Source: Okamejei kenojei | Taxonomy: Eukaryota | Length of the DNA: 64,000 nt | Assembly: GCA_035221665.1 (NCBI GenBank) | Contig: JAVHYY010000086.1 | Location: forward strand, 124,001 to 188,000 | Direction of reading: 5' to 3' | Shown here: positions 12,953 to 24,570 of the stretch, in pieces | How positions within the stretch are numbered: position 1 is the first letter of the stretch | Layout of the letters: every line of letters starts with the position of its first letter | The notes under the pieces: model-generated | Seen by the model: only the letters and a program-made list of their open reading frames with translations | Told to the model about the DNA's origin: nothing | Databases searched by the model: none | Made by a program: the position numbers and the translations under genes

Positions 12953-13769
12953 CTGGGAAGGAATAAAAATATAAACTGATTAATTATGTTGTGTATGTGT
13001 CGGTGGGTGAAGGTTATTTAAACGTGCGCATATTTGGGACGATCAACCAACGTATGCTATAATGATGTTTTATCGTCAGCCAATGGTAAATGATTACCAA
13101 AATTAGTGAGATTTCCGTTTCTATTCATCTTCACATATTTATGCAAATCATTTAATATTGATGTAGAAATAGAAATATGTAGCTCAAGTAGCATCTCTGG
13201 ATGACATGGATAGGCAACGTTTCGGCTCGGGACCCTTCATCGATGGAGAAAACCGATACGTCGCGACCTGATACCTCGCTCACGTCGGTCTTCCGTAGAT
13301 GCTACAAGACCCGCTGAATTACCCAACACTTTGTTATCCTGGCATGATCGCTGCAGCTACAGTCTCTGTTATCTGTACTTCAAAAACATATCTTAAAATT
13401 GCCTGCCGACCTCAGGGAAACCGTCCAGTTGTTCACACTGATGTGTTTTGTTGAGTAAGTTCTTCATACGATCTTCAAATCTGTCTCTACGAAATTATCC
13501 CTGTGAAATTTTAAAAGCTTTACAGCAAATGCTGTGCGAAGTTACTCGTCGGGGAGTTTTTTTTCTTTCTACCGACAGCACTACGCACTGCGGAACCGGT
13601 AGTCTCACACACAGCGAGGACGCCGTGTCGCTTGCCCTACCAACAGAGCAGGTGCGGGGCATCTGTTGCAGCCAAATTCCGTAGAGGCTAAATTTGCACC
13701 AGAGTCTATGAGCGGCTATCCGTTAAAGAAGCCAACGCATTTCCTCTCTCCTAAGAGGTAAATTGGTTT

Positions 13770-14050
13770 ATTTTAGTATAGTTTCGATGTACGGCACCGA
13801 AGCGAGTCCTCCGTCCATCGAGCCCGCGCCGACCAGCGATCCACGCACACCAACAATATTCGACACACACTGGGGAATTAAAACAAATTTATACTAAATC
13901 AATTAACCTACAAACCTGTCTGTCTTGCAGAGTTGGAGGAAACCGAAGATCTCAGAGAAAACCCACGCTGGTCACGAGAAGACCCAACAAATTCTGTAAA
14001 GACAAGCAACCGTAGTGAGGAGCGAGCCCTGCACCATCCACCGCTGCGCC
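13770..14050 (-). mobile_element. HE1/V-SINE-like element
   Basis: Reverse complement of the SINE at 50268-50580. Confidence 0.7.
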
Positions 14051-14803
14051 TTCCTGCAGCACTTAACCCTGCCGGGTTATTCGGTATGTTCTCTTAATCT
14101 TGACTGCTCGGCTCTTTTCAAACAGTCTTTGATAGTTCAATGAGAAGTGCCGACAATTACCTACCGGGTGCTCCAATTGCTGCAAGAATCGGGTATGACA
14201 CAGATTCTATATCCACGATCTCACTATAATAGTAAGATTAAACAAGAACTTACCAGTTCGAAGTTTGATCGTTATTTTATGAGGAGTTACGATGAGGGAT
14301 TACGTGAAGACCCCGCCTCACGCTGGCAACGGCATACTTCAAAGCAGCGGCATGAAAAACACAGAACACCAAAAGCCGGAGTAACATAGTAAGGCTCATA
14401 AAAGACTTAGAACTACCATTTGATCATTTATTTTATGAGGGTGGGAGCGGAGGGCACGTAATCCCTCATCGTAACTCCTCATAAAATAACGATCAAACTT
14501 CGAACTGGTAAGTTCTTGTTTAATCTTACTATTTTACTTCGGAGTCACGTGAGTGACTACGTGAAGATTTTAAAGCTTTCTGTGTTTTTTATGTCGTAGA
14601 ATCAATCCGTACGACAGTCCGGCTAAGTAAACACATACATGAGAAACCAGACTAATGTTAGATCATTTCACAATTAACTTTTTAATGGTTTAAAGACCAT
14701 ATAATAACCCTCCTTATATCTGAGGGAAAATGATTACAAGTGATAAAAGATAGAAGTGACCACATCATTGATTATAGCAATTAATAGTAAACAAAGCAGG
14801 TGA

Positions 14804-15775
14804 TTATAGTGCTCCCAACACCGCGTGTCCAAAGCTTGTCATAGTGTGAACAGGTTTATTGTAGAACTTTGAGAAAGTTTCTTCTTTACTCCACCCTGCG
14901 ACTTTTAAAATACGCTCGAGGGGTACGTCCCGCCCCTTCGCCGCGGACGTAGCTGCCGCCCTGGTGGAGTGAGATTTGAACACATCAGTGTCTACTCCCG
15001 CTAAAACCAACACCTGTTTCAACCATTTTGAGATAGTTTGAACTGAAGCTCTTGTGTGTGGTTTTTTGTGCGTAACCATTAACGCTTTTTCATTTCCTCG
15101 AAGGGTGTCAGTAACTTTAATATATTCGTTCAAATGTTTAACCACACACAAAGTAGGATCAATATGATAAGCTTGAAAGGTTACCTTTGTTCCAGATCTC
15201 CCTGGTCTGCTTTGTTTGATTAACTCGTAAACATAGAACACAACATTATCTGTAGTCACATGCATACAGTCTAAACGCAACATTTGTAAAGTTTGCACTC
15301 TTTGAGCTGAGACCAGTGACATTAACATGACTAATTTCAATGTCAATCTTTCCAATGTCAACCCTTCAATTGGAGTCTATTGTCTAAGTCGCGTAAGTAC
15401 AATGCTCACATCCCAAATCTCTGTGTATCTTGGTTTGGGTGGATTAATATTAAAGATTCCTTTCATGAATCTAGATATTAATGGATGCGACCCAATTGAT
15501 CTCTGATCAGTCATAAGCCCTAAATAGGACGACAAAGCACTGCGTGCAGTGTTAATGGCACTGTAACTTAAATGTTGCTGAAAATGCAAATTGGCAAGGA
15601 ATTCCAAAACATTTACAATATTTACAGTATCATAAGAAATATTTGACTGTGTGCAAAAGTCTTCCCACTTCTTAATATGTGTCATATATTGCTTTTGTGT
15701 GCTATTGCGCCATGATGCAACCATAACTTTCATAGTTTGGTCCGACAATCCCAGCTCCTGTAGTGGTCTGGTCAA
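14804..15775 (-). pseudogene. DIRS tyrosine recombinase with one in-frame TAG at 15377-15379
   Basis: SAM-like N-domain (YSAINTARSALS) and catalytic R (AQRVQ), HSTR, AGW and Y (FSKFY). The two ORFs are in frame across a single stop. Confidence 0.9.
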
Positions 15776-17667
15776 AACCTGCAGATTAACAAATTCATAT
15801 ATGCATACAATGGGTAAATCTCTTTAGTTACCGGATTAGTCAAGATATCACTACAGTTAGGAATCGACACATATGGTTCTTTAATCATATTCAGCATTAC
15901 TGGGAACCAAGGTTGAGTTGGCCAATTTGGAACTACCAACAATCCAGAAGCAGAATCTTGTTCTATCTTCTTCAAGCATCTCTGAATCAAAGCAAATGGT
16001 GGAAAAGCATAAAAGAACATCTTTCCCCAGTGTAATGAAAAAGCATCTACTGCTACTGCATCTGGATCATGTTCCCAAGACACATAAGTAGGCAACTGAT
16101 GATTAAGCCTAGATGCAAACAAATCTATTTCTGGCAACCCAAATTGATTTACAATATTCTTAAATATTGCTGGCTTAAGCATCCATTCCGTATTATCTTT
16201 AAAAATCCTGGACCTTTCATCTGCTACCACATTGTCCTTACCCGGAATGTAGCTTGCTGAAATCCATATTTGGCGACCAATACACCATTGCCATATCTCA
16301 TTGGCCAGAGAATCACATGATACTGACCTAACTCCCCCCATGTGATTAATGTATGCAACAGCCGTTTTATTGTCTAACTGTATTAACACATGTAGACCCT
16401 GTTTAGCACAACAATATGCTTTAAGTCCATAAAAAGCACCCAATAACTCCAAATAGTTAATACCATAAACCTGAAGAAACGCTTCTTCTTGAGCTTTCCA
16501 TCTACCTCCACAACTGGAGGACGAATCTGTAGCCCCCCATCCGAGAGCACTAGCATCCGTTTGTAAAACCATTTCAGGTTCTTTAATCATGATATTCTTA
16601 GCAGCTTGTGGGACATTTTCAACCCACCATTGTAATTCCAACACGGCTTCTTTTGTTAATTGCATAGGCCTGTCAAAGTGCCCTGCCTTCTCCTTAAGAG
16701 CCCTTGTTTTGTCCCTTTCAAGATTTTGACAATGTAATGGACCAAATTCCACTGCCGGAAATGCTGCTACCAGTTTCCCAATGGTTTTTGCCACTTCTCG
16801 GATGGAGGGATAAGGTTTGTGAATGAGGTAATTACAAGTCATCAAGATGTCATTGACCTTCTCTGTTGGCAAAGTAACTAACATAGTCACTGAGTTAATT
16901 ACAAACCCCAAAAAGTTAATTGATTGTGCTGGCTGCAGCTGGGACTTAATTGGATGAATCAAAAACCCTAGCTTTTCAAACAAAGCTTTAGTAACTGAAA
17001 CTGAGTGCTCAGCTGACTCTTGAGTATCACTAATGATCAGAATATCATCCAGATAAGCCATAACAATGTGTTTCTGTGCTCTTAATTGGGCTAAAACTGG
17101 TTTCAACAGTTTTGTAAAGAGTCTAGGAGCCGAACTCAATCCATTTGGTAAAGCTTTAAACTGCCATAATTGTCCCAGCCAATTAAATTTTAAATACCTC
17201 CTGAAGCATTGATGAATTGCTACAGAATAATAGGCATCCTTCAAATCAATCTTGGCCATATAACACCCTGCTGAAATAAGATATTTTGCAGTACTGAATG
17301 TCTCCATCTTAAAATGTTTGTATTCTACAAACTTATTCAGATCTGTAAGGTCCAGAATAATTCTGCAACCACCATCTTTTTTATCTCTTCGAAATATATT
17401 AGAGACAAATTGATGCTTATGTTCATAAGTCTTTTCCAGATAATTTGTCAATTTCCACATTAAGCTCCATTCTTTCCTCTGCAGAAAACACATAAGTATA
17501 AGCAGGTCTATTCTGTACAGGAGGATTAACCCGTTCTTTAAAAATAATAATGGCTCCCGAAACTGCTTGTAATACATATCGATCAGAAGTAATGTTAAGC
17601 CAGGCATTATAAAACTTTTGCAATCTCCCTCCAACTGGAGAGTCATCCACAGTTTCTTTAAGTACAT
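15772..17667 (-). CDS. pol: DIRS reverse transcriptase / RNase H / DNA adenine methyltransferase-like ORF (frameshift near 17425)
   Basis: RT motifs IDLKDAY, LPNGLSSAP and YLDD. RNase H motifs TDAS, INYLEL, DNKTA and ADERSR. MT-like motifs IDLFASRLN and YAFPP. Confidence 0.9.
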   Translation of the reverse strand: MYLKKLWMTLQLEGDCKSFIMPGLTLLLIDMYYKQFREPLLFLKNGLILLYRIDLLILMCFLQRKEWSLMWKLTNYLEKTYEHKHQFVSNIFRRDKKDGGCRIILDLTDLNKFVEYKHFKMETFSTAKYLISAGCYMAKIDLKDAYYSVAIHQCFRRYLKFNWLGQLWQFKALPNGLSSAPRLFTKLLKPVLAQLRAQKHIVMAYLDDILIISDTQESAEHSVSVTKALFEKLGFLIHPIKSQLQPAQSINFLGFVINSVTMLVTLPTEKVNDILMTCNYLIHKPYPSIREVAKTIGKLVAAFPAVEFGPLHCQNLERDKTRALKEKAGHFDRPMQLTKEAVLELQWWVENVPQAAKNIMIKEPEMVLQTDASALGWGATDSSSSCGGRWKAQEEAFLQVYGINYLELLGAFYGLKAYCCAKQGLHVLIQLDNKTAVAYINHMGGVRSVSCDSLANEIWQWCIGRQIWISASYIPGKDNVVADERSRIFKDNTEWMLKPAIFKNIVNQFGLPEIDLFASRLNHQLPTYVSWEHDPDAVAVDAFSLHWGKMFFYAFPPFALIQRCLKKIEQDSASGLLVVPNWPTQPWFPVMLNMIKEPYVSIPNCSDILTNPVTKEIYPLYAYMNLLICRF

Positions 17668-18889
17668 AAGTCTTTAATACCTCTGCGTATGAGCGTGGTG
17701 GTCTCCTTCTTCCCGAATACAGGGAAGCACTTGCCTGCACAGCACGATAGTATTTTCGTGTCAAACTTCTGCTTCTATAACGGAAATCGAAACCCCTTCG
17801 GGTCGAAAAACCCCTTCTTTGTCCAAAAACAAAAGGTTTAACATTGCTAAAATATTTAGCTTCTTCATCCAACTCTTTCAGCTGTTTCGGCAGATTTTCT
17901 CCAAACAAATACCCAGGAGCTTGAACTCCACTTTCTTGACACAGGCTTGCAAATCTAGGGTGAAATATGGGCCGAATCGCCGTTTTCCTCATGCAATTAA
18001 TTTCATAGAATGAATTACATAATAAGCCCAAAGTATCCTTTTGAATCTTTTCCATTTCCAGATTCTCCATTTGCCTGCCATAGGCCGTAATGGCGGCAGA
18101 AATTAATTTGAGCACCTTTTGAAACTTCACTTCTAGGGCTCTCATACTTGGAGTCATAGACGTCCATATCATCGGATTCACCGTATGCACTTCCAATGAG
18201 GCACAATTTCTTGTAGCTTTATATAATTCTGATGTTTCATTCATCACAGAACTGTGAAGTTGGTGAGATACCATATAATTTATGTTTGCAGCTAGGATTT
18301 CTTCCATAGCCTCACCACTTCCTTCAGGTATAGCAAAATCTTGTGCTATCCCAGGCACATTAGGCCTTTTCTTTTTACTTTGTGGTGTGCTTTCAAAAGC
18401 CATATAGCCACCAGCAGGGACTGCCTTCTGCAGCCCTAAATCAATTGGGATATCATCCCATGAGACTTCTTCCAGCCCAAATCCTGGGTCCGGAGTATCA
18501 TATTCCCAACTTGGCCCACAGCCATATTCATCATATTCAAACCCCTCAGGGATTTTTTGGGATTCATCTGGGTACTCTGACCCTTGTCTCATTATTGTTT
18601 GGATAACTTTCTCCATATGCTCCATTTTTAGCCACATAGTTTTATTGTCTGGAGGTCTTTCAATATCAGAGTCATCAGAAACCACGGGCCTCTCAGATTT
18701 ATTTTTGCATTTTTTAGGAACATTTTCCTCCGTGGTCATTATTTCTGGAGAATCTGGAAACTCACTATCGGGTACATCAGCGGCCAACGGTATCGGAACC
18801 GGGTCCGCACTAACTTCGCGTCCCGTATTTTTACTTTCACCCCGGGAACATCTTTTTACCCGCGAAAACTTCTTTCCCGATTTCTCCAT
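17423..18889 (-). CDS. gag: DIRS ORF1 (gag-like), C-terminal part reading into the RT N-terminus (VGGRL...)
   Basis: 488-aa ORF with DIRS gag-like YLFGENL and an R/G-rich tail. The last ~70 aa resemble the start of DIRS pol. Confidence 0.7.
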   Translation of the reverse strand: MEKSGKKFSRVKRCSRGESKNTGREVSADPVPIPLAADVPDSEFPDSPEIMTTEENVPKKCKNKSERPVVSDDSDIERPPDNKTMWLKMEHMEKVIQTIMRQGSEYPDESQKIPEGFEYDEYGCGPSWEYDTPDPGFGLEEVSWDDIPIDLGLQKAVPAGGYMAFESTPQSKKKRPNVPGIAQDFAIPEGSGEAMEEILAANINYMVSHQLHSSVMNETSELYKATRNCASLEVHTVNPMIWTSMTPSMRALEVKFQKVLKLISAAITAYGRQMENLEMEKIQKDTLGLLCNSFYEINCMRKTAIRPIFHPRFASLCQESGVQAPGYLFGENLPKQLKELDEEAKYFSNVKPFVFGQRRGFSTRRGFDFRYRSRSLTRKYYRAVQASASLYSGRRRPPRSYAEVLKTYVLKETVDDSPVGGRLQKFYNAWLNITSDRYVLQAVSGAIIIFKERVNPPVQNRPAYTYVFSAEERMELNVEIDKLSGKDL

Positions 18890-19987
18890 TTTTCTTTAAT
18901 AATCAGTGCTCAATCAGCACGTTAACGTGGCTCTAAATTTTCTTTAGTTTCGTTTTGCTGGAGCCACCCAGCGTAACCTAAAAAACGCCCCGGTGTAACT
19001 TCACTTACCTGCGGGCCGTTCCGACCGCTGCCGAGGAGCTGCTCCTTACTGCAGCTCCTCCTCGCGCCGTCAGCGTTGACGTCATGCCGTTGCCAGCGTG
19101 AGGCGGGGTCTTCACGTAGTCACTCACGTGACTCCGAAGTAAAATACATATTAATTCGACGGTCTAGGCGATCACTCCAGGTGCTGCTACTCAGCGATTG
19201 TCAGCGAAACAAGCCAATCTCTGGCACATGTATAAAGTACATAAAGGAGACAATAGGCAATTAGATAACATCCTTGTGGACATTACTTACAGACTTTGGA
19301 ACAAACAGGTACTGTTTTCAATGTAATATTCTGAAAGCATCATGCGGGCTACCGCTCCATACATTTCCAACAGCTGGCAGTGAAGCATGAATTTCAAAAA
19401 TCCTAACGCTAGCGCTGTGAAGTTGCTCGCGAATGTTCTGAGCAGCGATTTATTTCCTTGAACCTGACATCCGATGACGGGGCAAGGAAAGTTGTCATTT
19501 CTGGCTTGTACCTGCGCAACTCGAGTTTCCAGACGGCGACAGCAGAGCGTAAGCAGTATCGGCACCTGAGCATATCCATTGGGCACCTCGAGGCGGTTTT
19601 CTCAGAAAAGTGACTAATGGGGCGAAAGAGCCACAAAAGAGAGAAGAACCGTAGAGTTTATCAAGCATTAATAAATCACGAACATGTAAATTAATTATTA
19701 TGGCAGCGTCGTTTGTCGGCTCCGTCCCGGGGTTCGCAGCCAGAAGTCGGAAAGAATGATACGGACACGGGGGGCCATGAGGTCATAAGGGTTCGGAGTA
19801 AAATAAGGCCATTCTGCCCATTACGTCTCATCCGCCATCCAATCATGACTTATCAATACCCCCTCCTACACCACTCTCTTACTTTCTTCTCATAACCACC
19901 GACACCTGTACTAATCAATAATCTATATATCTCTTCGTGGAAAATATCCACAGATTTAGCATTTATAGACCTATTAGTCTATTCTAT

Positions 19988-20609
19988 ACCTAGCAATTAT
20001 AGACCTATTAGTTTGACGTCAGTGGTGGGCAAATTAATGGAAAGGATACTTAGAGATAATATATATAAGCATCTGGATAAACAGGGTCTGATCAGGAACA
20101 GTCAACATGGATTTGTGCCTGGAAGGTCATGTTTGACAAACCTTCTTGAATTTTTTGAAGCGGTAACTAGGGAAATTGATGAGGGTAAAGCAGTGGATGT
20201 TGTCTATATGGATTTCAGTAAGGCCTTTGACAAGGTTCCCCATGGAAGGTTGATTAAGAAGGTTCAATCTTTGGGTGTTAATGGCGGAGTAGCAAGATGG
20301 ATTCAACAGTGGCTGAATGGGAGATGTCAGAGAGTAATGGTGGATGGCTGTTTGTCAGGTTGGAAGCCGGTGACCAGTGGGGTGCCTCAGGGATCTGTGT
20401 TGGGTCCACTGTTGTTTGTCATGTACATCAATGATCTGGATGATGGGGTGGAAAATTGGATAAGTAAGTATGCAGATGATACTAAGATAGGTGGTGTTGT
20501 GGATAATGAAGTAGATTTTCAAAGTCTACAGAGAGATTTGGGCCATTTGGAAAAGTGGGCTGAAAGATGGCAGATGGAGTTTAATGCTGATAAGTGTGAA
20601 GTGCTACAT
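19988..20609 (+). mobile_element. Inverted CR1 RT fragment
   Basis: ORF 20013-20627 (DFSKAFDKVPH, GVPQGSVLGP, YADD) is a near-identical reverse complement of ~21402-22020. Confidence 0.9.
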
Positions 20610-23600
20610 AACCATATAACCATATAACCATATAACAATTACAGCACGGAGACAGGCCCTCTTGGCCCTTCCAGTCCGTGCCGACCATTTGTTTCCCCTA
20701 GCCCCATCTACCTGCTCTCAGACCATACCCCTCCATTCCCTTCACGTCCATATACCTATCCACTTTACTTTTAAATGTTAAAATCGATCCTGCCTCCACC
20801 ACCTCTGCTGGAAGCTCATTCCACACAGCCACCACCCTCGGAGTAAAGAAGTTCCCCCTCACGTTACCGCTAAACTTCGGTCCCTTAATTCTCATGTCAT
20901 GCCCTCTTGTTTGAATCTTCCCTACCCTCAATGGGAAAAGCTTATCCACGTCAACTCTGTCTATCCCTTTCATCATTTTAAAGACCTCAATCAAGTCCCC
21001 CCTTAACCTTCTGCGCTCCAAAGAATAAAGACCTAACTTGTTCAACCTTTCTCTGTAACATAGTTGCTGGAACCCTGGCAACATTCTAGTAAATCTCCTC
21101 TGTACTCTCTCTATTTTGTTGACATCCTTCCTATAACTAGGCGACCAAAATTGTACACCATACTCCAGAATTGGTCTTACCAATGCCTTGTACAATTTTA
21201 ACATTACTTCCCTACTCCTATATTCAATGCTCTGATTTCTAAAGGCCAGCACACCAAAAGCTTTCTTTACCACCCTATCTACATGCGATTCCACCTTCAG
21301 GGAACTATGCACAGTTATTCCTAGATCCCTCTGTTCCACAGCATTCCTCAATTCCCTACCATTTACCATGTACGTCCTATTTTGATTTGTCCTGCCAAGA
21401 TGTAGCACTTCACACTTATCAGCATTAAGCTCCATCTGCCATCTTTCAGCCCACTTTTCCAAATGGCCCAAATCTCTCTGTAGACTTTGAGAATCTACTT
21501 CATTATCCACAATACCACCTATCTTAGTATCATCTGCATACTTACTTATCCAATTTTCCACCCCATCATCCAGATCATTGATGTACATGACAAACAACAG
21601 TGGACCCAACACAGATCCCTGAGCACCCCACTGGTCACCGGCTTCCAACCTGACAAACAGCCATCCACCATTACTCTCCGACATCTCCCATTCAGCCACT
21701 GTTGAATCCATCTTGCTACTCCGCCATTAACACCCAAAGATTGAACCTTCTGAACCAACCTTCCATGGGGAACCTTGTCAAAGGCCTTACTGAAATCCAT
21801 ATAGACAACATCCACTGCTTTACCCTCATCAATTTCCTAGTTACCGCTTCAAAAAAGTCAAGAAGGTTTGTCAAACATGACCTTCCAGGCACAAATCCAT
21901 GTTGACTGTTCCTGATCAGACCCTGTTTATCCAGATGCTTATATATATTATCTCTAAGTATCCTTTCCATTAATTTGCCCACCACTGACGTCAAACTAAT
22001 ATGTCTATAATTGCTAGGTTTATTCTTTGAACCCTTTTTAAACAATGGAACAACATGCGCAGTACGCCAATCCTCCGGCACTAATCCCGTTTCTAATGAC
22101 ATTTGAAATATTTCTGTCATAGCTCCTGCTATTTCTACACTAACTTCCCTCAATGTCCTAGGGAATATCCTGTCAGGACCTGGAGACTCATCCACCTTTA
22201 TATTTTTTCAAAAGTGTCAGTACTTCCTCCTCTTTGAATCTCATAGTTTCCATAGCTACTCTACTTTTTTCCCCTTACCTCACAGAGTTCAATATCCTTC
22301 TCCTTGGTGAATACCGAAGAAAAGAAATTGTTCAATATCTCCCCCAACACTTTTGGCTCTGCAGATAGCTGTCCATTCTGGTGCTCTAATGGTCCAATTT
22401 TATCCCTCGTTATCCTTTTGCTATTAATATAGCTGTAGAAACCCTTTGGATTTACTTTCACCTTTCTTGCCAAAGCAACCTCATATCTTCTTTTAGCCTT
22501 CCTAATTGCTTTCTTAAGATTCTTTTTACATTCTTTATACTCCTCTAGCACCTCATTTACTCCATGCCTCCTATAATTATTGTAGATATCTCTCTGTTTT
22601 CGAAACAAGTGTCTAATTTCCCTTGAAAACCATGGCTCTTTCCAATTTTTACTATTTCCTTTCAACCTAACAGGGACATAAAGATTCTGTACTCTTACAA
22701 TGTCCCCTTTAAATGTCCTCCATTTCTCTTCTACATCCTTCCCATGAAACAAAGTGTCCCAATTCACTCCTTTAAAATCCTCACGCATTCCCTCAAAGTT
22801 AGCCTTTCTCCAATCAAAAATCTCCACCCTAGGTCCTGTTCTGACTCGCTCCATAATTATATTGAAACTAATGGTATTGTGATCACTGGTCCCGAAGTGC
22901 TCACCAACGCATACCTCCGTCACCAGTCCTGCCTCATTTCCTAACAGGGGGTCCAGCACTGCCCCTTCTCTGGTCGGTACCTCTATGTACTGCTGCAAAA
23001 AACTATCCAGCACACATTTTACAAACTCCAAACCATCCAGCCCATTTACAGAATGTGTTTCCCAGTCTATTTTTGGGAAATTGAAATCTCCCACAATCAC
23101 TACCTTGTGCTTACTACTAATATCTGCTATCTCCTTACATATTTGCTCTTCCAATTCTCGCTCCCCATTTGGCGGTCTATAGTACACCCCTAAAAGTGTT
23201 GCTACACCGTTCCCACTTCTCAGTTCCACCCAAATAGCCTCCCTAGACGAACCCTCTAATCTATCCTGCCAAAGCACTGCTGTAATATCCTCTCTGACAA
23301 GCAATGCAACACCTCCACCTCTGGTCCCTCCAATTCTATCACCCCGGAAGCAACGAAATCCTGGAATATTTAGTTTCCAATCACAGCCCTCCTGCAGCCA
23401 TGTTTCACTGATTGCCACAACATCATATTTCCAGGTGTCAATCCAGGCTCTAAGTTCATCCACCTTACTTACAATGCTCCTAGCATTAAAATATGCACAT
23501 TTTATCAACCCACCATCCTTTATTCTCTGTCTATTATTTTTTTTTCATCGTTCTCGCCTACATTTTGGGTCCGAGTGCTTCCCTTCTCTGCCTCTTGCCC

Positions 23601-24570
23601 CACACCCTGTCCCCTAGCCCCCTCTACCCGAGTCCCTCCCCCCAGCCTTTCTTGTTTAAAGTCTCCCCAGTAGCCTTTGCAAATCTCCCTGCCAGGATAT
23701 TGGTCCCCTTCGGGTTCAAGTGCAACCCGTCCTCTGCGTACAGATCATGCCTTCCCCAAAAGAGGTCCCAGTGATGAAGAAACTTGAATCGCTGCCCACT
23801 GCACCAGTCCCTCAGCCACGCATTTAGCCTCCACCTCATTTCATTCCTACTCTCACTGTCACGCGGCACAGGCAGTAATCCTGAAATCGTTACCCTTTTG
23901 GTCCTTCTCTTTAACTTTCCCCCCAACTCCTTAAATTCTCCCTTCAGGACCTCGTCACTTTTTCTGCCTATGTCATTGGTACCTATGTGTACCACAACAT
24001 CAGGCTCCTCTCCCTCCCTTATCAGAATCTTTTGGACACGTTCTGACACATGCGAGACCCTGGCACCAGGGAGGCAAACTACCATCCGGGTCTCCCGACT
24101 GCGTCCACAGAATCGCCTACCGAACCCCTAACTATAGAGTCCCCTATTACAATTGCCCTCCTCTTTTTGCTACCCTTCTGAGCATCAGGGCCGGTCTCTG
24201 TGCCGGAGGCCCGGCCGCTGTTGTTGCCCCCAGCTAGGATGTCCCCTCCAATCGTACTCAAACCCGAGTACCTATTTTCCAGTTGTACGGTCACAGGGGT
24301 ACTCTCTAGCCTCTGCCTCTGCCCCTTGCCCTTCCTAACCGTGACCCACGTGTCTGCCTCCTGTGGTCTTGGAGTGACTACCTCCCTGTAGCTCCTCTCT
24401 ATGACCTCCTCACTCTCCCTGACCAGACGGAGGTCGTCGAGCTGCTGCTCCAGGTTCCTAACACGATCCTTTACGAGCCCCATCTCGACACACCTGGCGC
24501 AGATGTGTACGTCTGGAGGGCTATCAGATTCCCTGACCTCCCACATTAGACATCCAGAACAGTACACTGC
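20610..24570 (-). mobile_element. Near full-length CR1 LINE (ORF1 with SGNH esterase; ORF2 APE-RT), few disablements
   Basis: ORF1 pieces at 24079-24567 and 23624-24085 (IVIGDS, HIGTND, DGLH). ORF2 pieces at 22261-23508 (APE: NARS, ISETWL, GDFN, SDH) and 20698-22195 (RT). 3' tail (ATATGGTT)n at 20610-20635. Confidence 0.93.

Larger units (their letters stand above)
14228..19146 (-). mobile_element. Full-length DIRS1-like tyrosine-recombinase retrotransposon
   Basis: Inverted terminal repeats (TACGTGAAGACCCCGCCTCACGCTGGCAACGGCAT at ~14301-14336 and its complement at ~19084-19119). An internal complementary region at ~14456-14567 matches both termini. Gag, RT-RNaseH-MT and YR ORFs are present. 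Confidence 0.95.

Noticed and set aside
13554-13648. D-like segment: AGTTTTTTT-22-CACTGCG, 17 nt, then CACAGCG
   Set aside because: Both heptamers are imperfect, there is no credible 3' nonamer at 12 or 23 nt, and the position fits no cassette.
14228-14570. Long hairpin that might be an ncRNA or MITE
   Set aside because: Fully explained by the DIRS terminal repeat and ICR.
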